A DNA stretch of 64,000 bases from Fidelibacterota bacterium (lineage in GTDB: Bacteria; Fidelibacterota; Marinisomatia; Marinisomatales; TCS55): contig JAPNQO010000079.1 of assembly GCA_027251445.1 (NCBI GenBank), forward strand, positions 32,001-96,000, read 5' to 3'. The position numbers and the translations under genes are program-made. The notes under the pieces are model-generated. The model was not told the DNA's origin. It made no database searches and was given only the letters and a program-made list of their open reading frames with translations. This document shows positions 9,281 through 22,501 of the stretch, piece after piece; the stretch's first letter is position 1, and each line of letters begins with the position of its first letter.

Positions 9281-10014
9281 TTCAAACGAAAACTTTTTCC
9301 TAGATAAAGTTTGCGGGTTTCTTCGTCATTTGCTAAAAACTCAGATGTCCCTGATTTTAAAATCACACCATTAAATAACAAATATGACCTATCTGTAATA
9401 GATAGAGTTTCTCTTACATTGTGATCAGTAATTAAAACACCTATTTCTTTTTCCTTTAAAGATTTAACTATTGACTGAATATCCTCAACAGCAATTGGAT
9501 CAACTCCAGCAAAAGGTTCATCCAGTAGTATAAAATCAGGATCCATAGATAAAGCTCTACAAATTTCAACTCTTCGTCGCTCTCCACCGGATAAATTAGC
9601 ACCCATACTGTCTCTTATATGCTGTATAGACATTTCATCCAATAAACTTTCTATTTTATCATTTTGTTCATTTTTAGTTAGTCCAGACATTTCAAGGACT
9701 AGCTTTAGATTGTTTTCGACAGTTAATTTCCCAAATATTGAAGGTTCCTGAGCTAAATATCCAATACCACTTCTTGCGCGAAGATACATAGCTTTAGAAG
9801 TTATATCCTTATCATCTAAAAAAATATTTCCCTTAGATGGCTTTATCATGCCAGTTATCATATAAAAGGTTGTCGTTTTACCAGCTCCATTTGGCCCAAG
9901 CAAACCAATTATTTCCCCTTTTTTAACTTCAATGTCAACATCAGATACTACCCAACGATTACCATATTGTTTATACAGGCCTTCAGCGCGTAATTGTTTA
10001 TGATTTCTATCCAT
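9277..10014 (-). CDS. lptB: LPS export ABC ATPase LptB
   Basis: GPNGAGKTT, YLAQEPSIF, LSGGERRRVEI, DEPFAGVDP, TDHNVRETL. Confidence 0.97.
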   Translation of the reverse strand: MDRNHKQLRAEGLYKQYGNRWVVSDVDIEVKKGEIIGLLGPNGAGKTTTFYMITGMIKPSKGNIFLDDKDITSKAMYLRARSGIGYLAQEPSIFGKLTVENNLKLVLEMSGLTKNEQNDKIESLLDEMSIQHIRDSMGANLSGGERRRVEICRALSMDPDFILLDEPFAGVDPIAVEDIQSIVKSLKEKEIGVLITDHNVRETLSITDRSYLLFNGVILKSGTSEFLANDEETRKLYLGKSFRLN

Positions 10015-10531
10015 TTTTCTGATTCGTCACACCTGATGGATATAGTATTTTCCAATGATTTAAGCCTACATCTGATTCAAAGCCACTTCCATAAAGAGTA
10101 TCATTCTTTTCTGTAGTTAAGACTATTGGAGAAGCAGTGTAAATAATTTCTTTTTTTGAATCCCATTTCAATGTATCAGTATAAAGAGTTACACCACTAT
10201 CCGAAACAACTACAACATTTTCAATTGCCGTCATAAAGTTTGTCTTTTCATCAATCTCAGCAATCATTGATTTTAAATTAGTAGTATGTATCTCTTGTTC
10301 GTCAAAAAAATCAACATCTACGTTCTGATTCAAAAAAATATAATTTTTTTCATTATATTTTTCTAGATGACCTGCTTTAACAAGTGCTCTCATTACACCT
10401 TCATCAGTTAAAGTAATTTCTACATTCCAACTTTCCTGATCTGGCAAGCCTTCTCTTGAATCTATATTTGTCTCATGTTCAATATTTGAACAATTTACAT
10501 TTATAATTAATAGTAATATGAAAACTCTCAT
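10007..10531 (-). CDS. lptC: LPS export protein LptC
   Basis: PDQESW, LYTDTLKWD and LYGSGFESD beta-jellyroll pattern; directly upstream of lptB. Confidence 0.85.
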   Translation of the reverse strand: MRVFILLLIINVNCSNIEHETNIDSREGLPDQESWNVEITLTDEGVMRALVKAGHLEKYNEKNYIFLNQNVDVDFFDEQEIHTTNLKSMIAEIDEKTNFMTAIENVVVVSDSGVTLYTDTLKWDSKKEIIYTASPIVLTTEKNDTLYGSGFESDVGLNHWKILYPSGVTNQKNG

Positions 10532-10534
10532 AAT

Positions 10535-11137
10535 TTATTTTGATAATAAAGAATTCTTCATTAATTGAATTCCTTCTTCATAACGCCCTTGGCAAATCAC
10601 AATCCAATCTACTGCTTCACGAAATGCGCCATCTCCACCACATAATGATGTTGTATAAATTGCTTTTTCTTTAACTAAATGGTACGCATTTGCAACAGCA
10701 ATAGGCACTCCAACTTGTTCCATTAAACTAATATCAATTATATCATCACCTATGAAAGCACAATTTTCATCTGATAAATTATATTTTAATTTTAATTCAT
10801 TATAAGGTTTCATCTTATTTAGTGTACCATTATAAACATCAGTTATATTCAATTCATTAGCACGTATTTCCGTTGCAGTAGATTTACGTCCTGAAATAAT
10901 AGCAATATGAAAATTTAATAATCGAGCTAAAGCCACACCAGCTCCATCGAGGACAGAAAATTTTTTTAATTCAAAATTATTAAAGCTTTTATAAGTGATT
11001 TCATTTCCACCTTTATAAATAGCACCATCTGTTAAAACTCCATCAACATCTGCGATTATAAGTTTTACTTTTTTTGCTCGTTCAATAATTTTTTTATCGA
11101 ATTTATTTTGAAAATCTTTTTTGGAATAAATATCCAT
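10535..11137 (-). CDS. kdsC: KDO-8-phosphate phosphatase (HAD family)
   Basis: DVDGVLTDG, ISGR, FIGDDIID, GGDGAFRE. Confidence 0.9.
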   Translation of the reverse strand: MDIYSKKDFQNKFDKKIIERAKKVKLIIADVDGVLTDGAIYKGGNEITYKSFNNFELKKFSVLDGAGVALARLLNFHIAIISGRKSTATEIRANELNITDVYNGTLNKMKPYNELKLKYNLSDENCAFIGDDIIDISLMEQVGVPIAVANAYHLVKEKAIYTTSLCGGDGAFREAVDWIVICQGRYEEGIQLMKNSLLSK

Positions 11138-11145
11138 ATCATTAG

Positions 11146-13466
<2,321 letters not shown>

Positions 13467-13588
13467 GAGTGTTCCTTCTTTCCTATCAAAGGGAAAAGTG
13501 AAAATTTAATGTTACCCATAAGATGATTCCCGAATTCAAGGATTAAAATTTATTAAATACTATCATCAATTAAGAATGAAAAATAAGT

Positions 13589-14842
13589 TTATTCATATCT
13601 TAATGATTCAATTGGATCAAGATTAGATGCTCTCCATGCGGGATATATACCAAACCCAATTCCAATTATTGAACAGACAATTAAACCGTATATGGCCCAA
13701 TCCACCGGGATTACAGCAGGGACTTTAAAAATAAAAGCTACTACATTTCCTCCAGCAATACCAAGAATTACCCCAACAATACCACCAAATTCACTTAAAA
13801 AAATTGCTTCAGTTAAAAATTGAGTAAGTATATCACTACGTGTTGCCCCAATTGCTTTTCGTATACCAATTTCTTTAATTCTATCTGTTACAGAAACAAG
13901 CATAATATTCATGATGCCAATTCCAGCAACTAATAATGCGATGACACTTATAGATAAAGCAAACATCTTAATACCACTAGTGAAGCCAGAAAAGCGTTCG
14001 ATCATTTCTGCATTTGATTCAATTTCAAAATCATTTTCTTCTCCGGGAGGCACTTTTCGAATAGTCCTCAATAAGCCAATTGCTTCATCCATCGTTTTAT
14101 CATATTGCTCTGCTGAAGGTGCCTCAACACTTATAGATAAAGTCGTCCATCGATTTTTAAAGTGCTGTAAAAAGTTAGTAATAGGTATTGCAACATAGTT
14201 GTCTTGGCTACCACCAAAGGCCTCACCTTTTCTTTCTGTAATTCCAATTACATTATAATCTAGGCCTCTTATTTGAATCGTTTTCCCTATGGGGTCTTCA
14301 AAAGGAAACAAACGATCTACAACGTCCATACCCAGTAAACAAACATTACGTGCAGAGTGAACATCATCAGTAGTTACATTTCTTCCATCTGCAATAAATG
14401 TATTATACGTTCTGACTGTCCCTTCATCTCCGCCAATCAACTCAATCGATCTTTTGACAGTTTTATCCCTATATTTAACATTTCTAGCGCTTGTTCCCTC
14501 TGAGACACTAACCATTATAGGTATTTTAGCTCTACGTTTAAATTCTTCATATTGCGGGTAATCAATATTTTTTCGATTTCTGTATTTTTCATCTCCCCGC
14601 CTATCAACCATAATACCTGGCCATTTTTGAATTACAAATGTATTGGTTCCAAAGACATTTAAACCTGATTCAACAGATGATTCAAGTGTTCGTATTGCAG
14701 TCATTACTCCAATGACGGAAAAAACACCTATACTTATTCCAAGTAAAGTTAGAATTGATCGTAATTTATTTTGCCGAATGGCATCAATAGCCATACGAAA
14801 ACTTTCTTTAATACCATTTTTTGTTCTAGTTAATCCAATCAT
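13589..14842 (-). CDS. MacB/FtsX-type ABC permease
   Basis: RSILTLLGISIG, GIGIMNIMLVSV, EIGIRKAIGA, DPIESLRYE. Confidence 0.95.
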   Translation of the reverse strand: MIGLTRTKNGIKESFRMAIDAIRQNKLRSILTLLGISIGVFSVIGVMTAIRTLESSVESGLNVFGTNTFVIQKWPGIMVDRRGDEKYRNRKNIDYPQYEEFKRRAKIPIMVSVSEGTSARNVKYRDKTVKRSIELIGGDEGTVRTYNTFIADGRNVTTDDVHSARNVCLLGMDVVDRLFPFEDPIGKTIQIRGLDYNVIGITERKGEAFGGSQDNYVAIPITNFLQHFKNRWTTLSISVEAPSAEQYDKTMDEAIGLLRTIRKVPPGEENDFEIESNAEMIERFSGFTSGIKMFALSISVIALLVAGIGIMNIMLVSVTDRIKEIGIRKAIGATRSDILTQFLTEAIFLSEFGGIVGVILGIAGGNVVAFIFKVPAVIPVDWAIYGLIVCSIIGIGFGIYPAWRASNLDPIESLRYE

Positions 14843-14845
14843 CCT

Positions 14846-16048
14846 TTACTCATACCGTAAAGCTTCAATAGGGTCTAATTGAGCAGCCTGGTAAGAAGGT
14901 ACTATGCCAGATATTACACCAACAAAAATACTCATTATAATAGAAGATATAGATAGCCACAAAGGTAAGGTTGATGGAAAGATTTTATTTATGAAAAAGC
15001 TTACACCAAAAGCTAAAGTTAAGCCAATTAATCCACCAATTACACATATCGTGATAGCTTCAAATAAAAATTGGGTTAATATCATATTAGGGGTGGCTCC
15101 AATTGCCTTCCGCACGCCTATTTCACGGGTTCTTTCTTTTACCGATACAAACATAATATTCATAATTCCTATTCCTCCTACTATAAGAGAAAGAATTGTT
15201 ATAAACAAACCTGTACCGCCAATTGCATATTTTAAAGTATTGTATTGCGTTTCAAACGCTTTAGTTTGATTAATAGCAAAATCATCTTTTTCTCCAGGCT
15301 TTAATCCTCTTATTCTCCTCATTACAGCTTGTAATTCACTTTTTGCATCATCTATTTTTTGCTCATTGACCTTAACGCTTAAGCGCATGAACCCCCTTTT
15401 TGAAAATAATCTAGTATATGCCCCTAAAGGAAGGATGGCCTGATTGTCAACGCTAAACAGCCCAAGAAACTTTCCCTGCTTTTCCAATACACCAATCACT
15501 CTAAATTTTATTCCGTCTATTTTTATATACTTACCAATTGGATTTTGGTATTCAAAAAAAGCATCTTGTATACCACTACCAATAATAGTAACTCTAGAAC
15601 CCGATCTTTCTTCATTTTCAGTAAAAAACCTGCCAACCTTGATATCTTCATTGACAGTTTCCATGTAATCTACATTTGTTCCAAAAATTTGTGTTTGCGT
15701 GTTTTTGTCGCCAAAAGATAAAGAAGCTCCTCTTTGCATAACAGGAGATACCGCAAGTGCATAATCAGACATTTCTCTAATTTTATCTTCGTAAGATAAT
15801 TTCATTCGTGGTCTATTTCGAACTTCCCACCATTCCATATCACTAAACCACTCCCAACGACTAATATATAAAATATCTTTTCCAAGCCATGACATACTAT
15901 TCTCAAAGGAACGATCTAAGCCAGAAATAAGTGTCCCCATTACCGTTACGGATAAAACACCAATAATAATCCCTAAAGCAGTAAGACTTGAACGTAGTTT
16001 GTTCATATAAATTGATGATATAGAAATACGTAAACTTTCGAAAAACAT
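14846..16048 (-). CDS. MacB/FtsX-type ABC permease (second paralog)
   Basis: RSSLTALGIIIG, GGIGIMNIM, EIGVRKAIGA, DPIEALRYE. Confidence 0.95.
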   Translation of the reverse strand: MFFESLRISISSIYMNKLRSSLTALGIIIGVLSVTVMGTLISGLDRSFENSMSWLGKDILYISRWEWFSDMEWWEVRNRPRMKLSYEDKIREMSDYALAVSPVMQRGASLSFGDKNTQTQIFGTNVDYMETVNEDIKVGRFFTENEERSGSRVTIIGSGIQDAFFEYQNPIGKYIKIDGIKFRVIGVLEKQGKFLGLFSVDNQAILPLGAYTRLFSKRGFMRLSVKVNEQKIDDAKSELQAVMRRIRGLKPGEKDDFAINQTKAFETQYNTLKYAIGGTGLFITILSLIVGGIGIMNIMFVSVKERTREIGVRKAIGATPNMILTQFLFEAITICVIGGLIGLTLAFGVSFFINKIFPSTLPLWLSISSIIMSIFVGVISGIVPSYQAAQLDPIEALRYE

Positions 16049-16053
16049 GATAA

Positions 16054-16746
16054 TTATTTCTTTTTAACTACCTTATCTTCCTTAATCTTTCCATCAAAAA
16101 TATTGATAATGCGATGAGCGTGTTTAGCAATATATTCTTCATGTGTTACAAGAATTATAGTATTTCCTCTAGAAAATAGGTTATCTAATATATTCATAAT
16201 TTCATCACCACTTTTTGAATCTAGGTTCCCTGTAGGCTCGTCAGCGAGGATAATTGATGGATCATTTACTAATGCTCTAGCAATTGCAACCCTTTGGCGT
16301 TGACCTCCGGATAATTCATTTGGACGATGATACATTCTATCCTCCAAACCAACTTCTGTTAATGCTTTGATTGCTTTTTCTATACGTTGATCTTTAGGAA
16401 TATTAGAGTATATAAGTGGAACTTCAACATTATGTAAAGCAGTTGCTTTAGGTAGCAAATTAAAAGTTTGAAATACAAATCCAATTTTACGGTTTCTTAT
16501 AGATGCCAATTGATTATCATCCATATCATGTACAAGTTCACCCTCAAATTCATAAGTTCCAGCACTTGGTGTATCAAGACAACCAATCATATTCATTAAT
16601 GTTGATTTTCCAGAACCGGAAGGCCCCATAATAGAAATATATTCATTATGATTAATATTTAAATCAACTCCATCTAAAGCCCGAACTAATTCATCCCCAA
16701 CCTCATAATGACGTTTTATACTCTGAAGTGATATTAAAGAACCCAA
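16054..16746 (-). CDS. MacB/LolD-family ABC ATPase
   Basis: [27 protein letters not shown]. Confidence 0.96.
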   Translation of the reverse strand: MGSLISLQSIKRHYEVGDELVRALDGVDLNINHNEYISIMGPSGSGKSTLMNMIGCLDTPSAGTYEFEGELVHDMDDNQLASIRNRKIGFVFQTFNLLPKATALHNVEVPLIYSNIPKDQRIEKAIKALTEVGLEDRMYHRPNELSGGQRQRVAIARALVNDPSIILADEPTGNLDSKSGDEIMNILDNLFSRGNTIILVTHEEYIAKHAHRIINIFDGKIKEDKVVKKK

Positions 16747-16755
16747 ATGAAACGT

Positions 16756-18066
16756 TTAATCCTTATCATCTTTTTCAGTACTTACCTGCACGTTGTGCTT
16801 TAACTCTTTACTTACAGCTTTATAGTTGCCAATTACTATTAAATCATTCTCGTCTAATCCATTTATTAACTCATAATGAGTTTCACTTGAGATTCCCACA
16901 GTAACTGGTCTAATATGAACAAATTGACTTCCCCGTTTATACTTCTTTTCTTTCATATTTTTAACTAATGAAATTTTTCCATCTCGTAAAACACCTCCCT
17001 GTTTATCAGATATAATAAATACAAGTTCTTCTAACTCTTTTTTCTTAGGTGTGTCATCTTCTTCTTCATTATTACTCCATTTCTTTCTATCTCCTGAAAC
17101 AAATAATTTATTTTCTGAGCCAAACTCCCTAACAGTTAAACTCTGTATAGGAATAGATAAGGCATTTTTTCTTACTTCCGTAATTATATTTGCTGTAGCG
17201 CTCATTCCTGGTCGAATATTAGGGGGAACATTAATCATGCGTACCTTTACCTTGAAATTAGTTACTTGTTCTTGGCTCCCAAAGTTTGAGGTTTCAGCCA
17301 TATGTGCAATTTCACTTACTACTCCATAAAATACTGTATCCAAATATGCATCAATTTCAATTTCAGATGTATCTCCTATTGAAATACTAACTACATCATT
17401 TTCATTTACATCAACAATGACTTCCATTCTACTAAGGTCTGCTATAATCATTAATACATCTAAAGAGAACATGCCTCCCATGGCCATCTCGCCAGCTTCT
17501 TTATTAATCCTTGTAACAATACCATTTTGTGGAGAAACTAATCTTGCTTTATCTAATGCATCTTGTGATACAAGTAAGCTTGCACGCGCTTGATCAAGTT
17601 GACTTCTTGAAATTTCATATGCAGCTTGTGCTCCCTCAAGTTCTTGGTCAGAAGCAAGCCCTTGTTCATATATTCGCTCAACGCGTTCTTTATTCGCTTT
17701 ATCTTGTTTCACTCTAGCCGAAGCAGAACGAACTGAAGAGGTTACTTGATCAACATTAGCCTGTAATTGTTTTCTATCAAGTGAAATAAGATGTTGATTC
17801 TTTTTAACATATTCTCCTTCAACTACGGTTATAGAATCAATAATTGCAGAAGAAGTCGCGCTTATTTTTACTTCACTTTCAGGTTGTATTTTTCCGCTTG
17901 CATTCACTTTTTGAATGATCGTCTTCCTGCCAACTTTTTCAGTCTCTACATTAATAACTTCTGAATCGTCACGGAAAATATTTCCAAGTATGATAAAAAT
18001 TATTAGTAGCCCAATAAGCCCCGAAATAAATAATTTTTTGTTCTTTTTATACAGTTTTTTTATCAC
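16756..18066 (-). CDS. MacA-like membrane fusion protein (periplasmic adaptor)
   Basis: N-terminal TM; lipoyl half-motifs flanking a helical hairpin; RPGMSA; GTG start with AGGAG. Confidence 0.92.
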   Translation of the reverse strand: MIKKLYKKNKKLFISGLIGLLIIFIILGNIFRDDSEVINVETEKVGRKTIIQKVNASGKIQPESEVKISATSSAIIDSITVVEGEYVKKNQHLISLDRKQLQANVDQVTSSVRSASARVKQDKANKERVERIYEQGLASDQELEGAQAAYEISRSQLDQARASLLVSQDALDKARLVSPQNGIVTRINKEAGEMAMGGMFSLDVLMIIADLSRMEVIVDVNENDVVSISIGDTSEIEIDAYLDTVFYGVVSEIAHMAETSNFGSQEQVTNFKVKVRMINVPPNIRPGMSATANIITEVRKNALSIPIQSLTVREFGSENKLFVSGDRKKWSNNEEEDDTPKKKELEELVFIISDKQGGVLRDGKISLVKNMKEKKYKRGSQFVHIRPVTVGISSETHYELINGLDENDLIVIGNYKAVSKELKHNVQVSTEKDDKD

Positions 18067-18084
18067 TTTAATCTCCTAAAATAT

Positions 18085-19401
18085 TTATAAAGCTGTATCT
18101 AGCGTACCTAAGATAGCTTTCAAGTTTGCTTGTTCAATCATACTATCATATTTACTTCGAATTAATGATGATCGTGCACTAACTAAAGATACCTGAGCAT
18201 CCAATACTTCTAAAATACTCGCTGACCCCAAACTATATCGCTCCTGAACTAATTTTACATCTTCTTCAGCAGAAGCCAATACTTTTTCATTGATAGGTAT
18301 GACTTCATTATAATAATTAAGTTGGTCGAGAATTACCTGTAACTGAACTGATAAATCTTGTAGTTGTGTTAAATATTCAGATTCCTGTTTTCTTACATTT
18401 AATTTAGCCTGTTGAATAGTAGTAGATAATGTATTTCCAGTGTATATCGGTATTGAAAAAGATAAACTAGTATTCATTCTCCAATTCTCATCCCATTCTT
18501 TTGATAATGCCTGAAAATCTTCAGAATTACCTGAATAATTTGCTGATGCAGAAATATTTGGTAATCTAGACCCTTTTGTAATTTTTTCGCTGTACTCAGC
18601 ATTTATTATTTGATGTTTCTTAGCTAGAACGCTTGGATTAGATTTTTGGATCAATTCAAATCCATTTTCAAAATCAGGAATTGTATCTAATGAAAATAAA
18701 TCACCATTCGTCGTAAAATCTCTTTCAGTTCTTACTATTCCCATTGCATTCTTTAAACTTAAATATGCATTTTTTAATACAGCTTCATTATTTATTACAT
18801 CCACACGTGTCTGCCCATATCTAACTTCTGCTTTTAATAAATCTGTCTTCCTGGCGGATCCTAATTCAAAACGTTGCTTTGTTAAGGCCAATTGCTGCTG
18901 TGAACTGTTAAAATTACTTTGAGCTACATCAAGCAATTGTAAAGATTTTAAATAGTTAAAAAAATTCCTATGTACTTCCCTTATTATGTTAATTTTTACT
19001 TGCCTATTAAACTGCTCTGCAATTTTATAGCTATTTTTTGATTGTGCTATACTATTCCACCACTTTCCTCCATCATATATATTTTGTGATAAAGAAACTC
19101 CTGCTGAAGAACTCTTAAGATTACTTATGCTACCCAAAGTAATTTCTCCTGTAGTGGGGTTATACCCTCCTTCTTGTTGCGGGAAACTTGATTCACTTAC
19201 ATTACCGGATAATATTAGTGAAGGTAAAATATTGCTATACGACCCTTTAACGCTTTGCCTTGAACTTTCTAGATCTAATGCGGACGCCTTTAATGCTTCT
19301 TTATTTGTAAGAGCAATTTGTATACAATCAGATAGTGATAAGATTTCTTTTTGAGCATAGCTCAGCGAAATAATAAATATAAAAATTAATCTTCTATACA
19401 T
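18085..19401 (-). CDS. TolC-family outer membrane efflux protein
   Basis: Signal peptide; two OEP repeats (RFELGSARKTDLLKA, RYSLGSASILEVLDA). Confidence 0.92.
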   Translation of the reverse strand: MYRRLIFIFIISLSYAQKEILSLSDCIQIALTNKEALKASALDLESSRQSVKGSYSNILPSLILSGNVSESSFPQQEGGYNPTTGEITLGSISNLKSSSAGVSLSQNIYDGGKWWNSIAQSKNSYKIAEQFNRQVKINIIREVHRNFFNYLKSLQLLDVAQSNFNSSQQQLALTKQRFELGSARKTDLLKAEVRYGQTRVDVINNEAVLKNAYLSLKNAMGIVRTERDFTTNGDLFSLDTIPDFENGFELIQKSNPSVLAKKHQIINAEYSEKITKGSRLPNISASANYSGNSEDFQALSKEWDENWRMNTSLSFSIPIYTGNTLSTTIQQAKLNVRKQESEYLTQLQDLSVQLQVILDQLNYYNEVIPINEKVLASAEEDVKLVQERYSLGSASILEVLDAQVSLVSARSSLIRSKYDSMIEQANLKAILGTLDTAL

Positions 19402-19406
19402 AATTA

Positions 19407-20114
19407 TTAAGTAAAAAGTGAGCCAAGTAATGCAAAAATGCTAATTTGAAATAACCAATAAATAAAAACACCTATAATAAAAGGTTTGGCAGGTTTACTA
19501 AAATAAATACCCATTCCAACACCAATAAGTACAATACGCCAAAGACTAAAAAGATCCATAGATGCAAAAAAATTATTAATAAATGTTCCATCTTCACCAA
19601 TATTAAGTAAACCAAGACCAGTATGTACATTAATAGACCATTTATTAAGCATTAATGGTATTTTTATAACAGTTTCAAGAACGTTTACCAAATAAGAACA
19701 TGAAATAAAGGGTAATAATTGTGAATAACTTGTCTTTTCACCAAAGAAGAACTTCACTATCAATAATACAATTAAAGTCATCATGATAACTCGGAGAGGC
19801 CCTGCAAAAATATTTGTTAACCACATCATCATAACAGAAAATGTAGAAGGATTCTCAAAAGATTCATAAATACTCTTTAATGCATCATCTTTTTGGTCAT
19901 CAGGTATCTGTGAGCTATTTTCAATCCATTTAACTGACTGCTCAAGTTGAACATCATAATACAGATCCTTTAACAACAAAAGGCCTATAGCTCCTAAAAC
20001 CATTAATACTGCTAATGGCATTAGAGATATTTTCCAATCATTACCTTTTTTCAACTCCTGAAAAGAAATAGTTGGATCTGTAAAAATATTTATAAATAAA
20101 GCTAAATATTTCAT
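19407..20114 (-). CDS. Yip1-domain membrane protein (YknW-like exporter accessory)
   Basis: IFTDPTISFQEL start; about 5 TM helices; DLFSLW motif; heads the MacAB-TolC operon. Confidence 0.75.
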   Translation of the reverse strand: MKYLALFINIFTDPTISFQELKKGNDWKISLMPLAVLMVLGAIGLLLLKDLYYDVQLEQSVKWIENSSQIPDDQKDDALKSIYESFENPSTFSVMMMWLTNIFAGPLRVIMMTLIVLLIVKFFFGEKTSYSQLLPFISCSYLVNVLETVIKIPLMLNKWSINVHTGLGLLNIGEDGTFINNFFASMDLFSLWRIVLIGVGMGIYFSKPAKPFIIGVFIYWLFQISIFALLGSLFT

Positions 20115-20147
20115 AAAGCTAATTACTACCTCGGTTAATAAAATAAA

Positions 20148-21566
20148 TTACGAAATATAATCGTCTTTTATTTGATATAAATAAGTAAGTGCATTATCAT
20201 GGTCATTATCAATTTTTCCGTCCAAAATAGCTTCTTCTATTGCTTTTTTGATTTCACCAATTTTTTTACCTTCATCCAAATTACATATTTCCATAATCTC
20301 TTTCCCTCGAATTGGTGATTGAAATTGACTAAATAAGTCTCTTTCTTTTACATCTTTCATCTTTTCATCAACTCTTTCAAAGTTTTTCATATATTTATTT
20401 ACTTTATTTGGATTTTTAGTTGTGATGTCTGCCCTACATAATATCATTAAATCATCAATATCATCTCCTGCAGCAACCATAAGTCTTCGTATAGCAGAAT
20501 CGGTTACACTTTTTTTTGCTAAAGCAATTGGCCTCAAATGTAATAAAGTCATTTTTTTTAAGAATTCACCTAGATTATTAGATAGTTTCATTCTTCTAAT
20601 AACTGTTTTTAATATTTTTTCTCCAACAGCATCATGCCCATGAAAGGTATATCCTTTATCCTTATCTACACGCCTAGTGGCCGGTTTAGCAATATCATGT
20701 ACTAATGCTGCAAATCTTATTTCCATTTTTTGGCTTAATTTTGCAGCATTATCTACCACTTGCATAGTATGAAAGAAAATATCTTTGTGATGCCATTCCG
20801 GCGTTTGATCCATTCCATACATTTCATCAATTTCAGGAAAGATTAATTTCATTAAACCAGTTTCCTGTAAAACGGTAAGACCAATTGAAGGTATTGGTGA
20901 TGATAAAATTTTACATAACTCTGCTGTGATTCGTTCTTGAGAAACAATTGAAATACGTTCTCTTTGACGAATAATTGAATCATAACATTTTTTATCTATT
21001 TCAAAATCAAATTTTGATGCAAAATAAGCTGCTCTTAACATTCGCAAAGGGTCTTCAGAAAACGTATCATCAGGATTTAATGGAGTAATAATTTTTTTAG
21101 ATTGTAAATCTACTATTCCACTATACGGATCATGCAGTTCTCCATAATTTTCTGGTAATAAATCAATTGCCATAGTATTAATAGTAAAATCTCTTCTTAT
21201 TAAATCACCTTTTAAATCGGTATAGATTACTTCTTTTGGCTTTCGTGAAGTATTTTCATATGTTTCTAACCTGGCTGCTGCTACCTCTATATCAATTTTT
21301 TTATATGGTATTTTTGCAGTTGAGAATTCTTTGAAAGGTATAACTTTTTTCACCGACAAATTTTCTGCTAACATTTCTGCAAATTCTATTCCATCACCAA
21401 CAATCATTAAATCAATTTCGTTTGGTTTATTTTGCATGAACAGATCTCGCACAAACCCCCCTACAACATATAATTGTTTATTATTTTTTGATGCAATTTT
21501 ACCTGCACGCTTTAGTACATATTCAGCTTCAGGGTGTTCAGATATTAATTCTTTAACATTACTCAT
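20148..21566 (-). CDS. cca: Class II CCA tRNA nucleotidyltransferase with HD domain
   Basis: GGFVRD, RRDFTIN, EDPLRMLR, SQERI, HDIAK. Confidence 0.9.
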   Translation of the reverse strand: MSNVKELISEHPEAEYVLKRAGKIASKNNKQLYVVGGFVRDLFMQNKPNEIDLMIVGDGIEFAEMLAENLSVKKVIPFKEFSTAKIPYKKIDIEVAAARLETYENTSRKPKEVIYTDLKGDLIRRDFTINTMAIDLLPENYGELHDPYSGIVDLQSKKIITPLNPDDTFSEDPLRMLRAAYFASKFDFEIDKKCYDSIIRQRERISIVSQERITAELCKILSSPIPSIGLTVLQETGLMKLIFPEIDEMYGMDQTPEWHHKDIFFHTMQVVDNAAKLSQKMEIRFAALVHDIAKPATRRVDKDKGYTFHGHDAVGEKILKTVIRRMKLSNNLGEFLKKMTLLHLRPIALAKKSVTDSAIRRLMVAAGDDIDDLMILCRADITTKNPNKVNKYMKNFERVDEKMKDVKERDLFSQFQSPIRGKEIMEICNLDEGKKIGEIKKAIEEAILDGKIDNDHDNALTYLYQIKDDYIS

Positions 21567-21613
21567 ACTAAAAATTAGCTATTTAAGTCTAAAAAATGAA
21601 CTAGAGTTGAATT

Positions 21614-22501
21614 ATGAAATATACTTGCCAGTATTATATGCTGGTTCTATTTTCCAATATTGTGGAAAAAACAAAAAAAGAATTAATCTTTTTTATTATT
21701 CTATCAGCATCATTATTAAATGCCCAATTTTCAAATATAGATGTTACCATGGATGATAGATTATTAAAAAATGATGATCGACAAGTTTTAATAAATCTAA
21801 AAAATGAAGTTTCAAGATTTTTCATAAATAACTCATGGGATGAGGAATGGAATGATTTAGAAATTGATCTGAATATTCAAATTATATTTGAAGGAACAGC
21901 TACTAAGAATGGAAAGAAAAATTTTCTCGCACAGGTTTTAATATCAACAAATGACGATCAGCGTTTTTTTGATAATTCCCTACAATTTCATTTCAATCCA
22001 GGATCTAGTTTATATTATGATCCTGTGATGTTTGAACCACTTCCAAGTTTTCTATCATATTATGCTAACATGATTTTAGCTGGTGAAATTGATACGTATG
22101 AGCCAAATGAAGGCTCAAAGCAATATGAAATAGCTAGATCAATAGCTCTTCGTGGTACCTCGAGCAATTTTCCAAAAGGTTGGTCAAAAAGAGTACAACT
22201 ATCTGATGATATGTCATCTAACTATGGCTTACGGAAAGCTCGCTTTGCATATTACTATGCTTTAGACTTATTTAAAGATGGAGAAATTGAAGAATCAATT
22301 AAACAATTTAATGCAATGATAAAAGGGATTGATGAAGTCTATGATAGAATTCCAAGAGAACATTATACTTTGTATTTTTTAAAATCCCATGCTAAAGAAT
22401 TATCTCAAATATTACAAATATTAAGACAAGATGGTATTCTACAAAGCCTTATAGATCTTGACCCTTCCAATAGAGATATTTATGAAGAGGGGCTGAAATA
22501 G
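21614..22501 (+). CDS. DUF4835-family secreted protein (true start probably the downstream GTG)
   Basis: FINNSW, PSFLSYYANMILAGEIDTY, R..YYY pattern recalled from Bacteroidetes DUF4835; signal peptide ending LLNA/Q. Confidence 0.65.
   Translation: MKYTCQYYMLVLFSNIVEKTKKELIFFIILSASLLNAQFSNIDVTMDDRLLKNDDRQVLINLKNEVSRFFINNSWDEEWNDLEIDLNIQIIFEGTATKNGKKNFLAQVLISTNDDQRFFDNSLQFHFNPGSSLYYDPVMFEPLPSFLSYYANMILAGEIDTYEPNEGSKQYEIARSIALRGTSSNFPKGWSKRVQLSDDMSSNYGLRKARFAYYYALDLFKDGEIEESIKQFNAMIKGIDEVYDRIPREHYTLYFLKSHAKELSQILQILRQDGILQSLIDLDPSNRDIYEEGLK

Noticed and set aside
13467..13588. Possible riboswitch or RBS-sequestering hairpin in the kdsB-pyrG leader
   Set aside because: Only a short imperfect purine/pyrimidine pairing; no recognisable aptamer
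13589..16048. Recent duplication or repeat between the two permease genes
   Set aside because: Similarity is confined to family motifs; the periplasmic domains are divergent
20148..21566. Poly(A) polymerase or CC-only enzyme
   Set aside because: The PAP signature (hhGRRF) is absent; the flexible loop and HD domain are present
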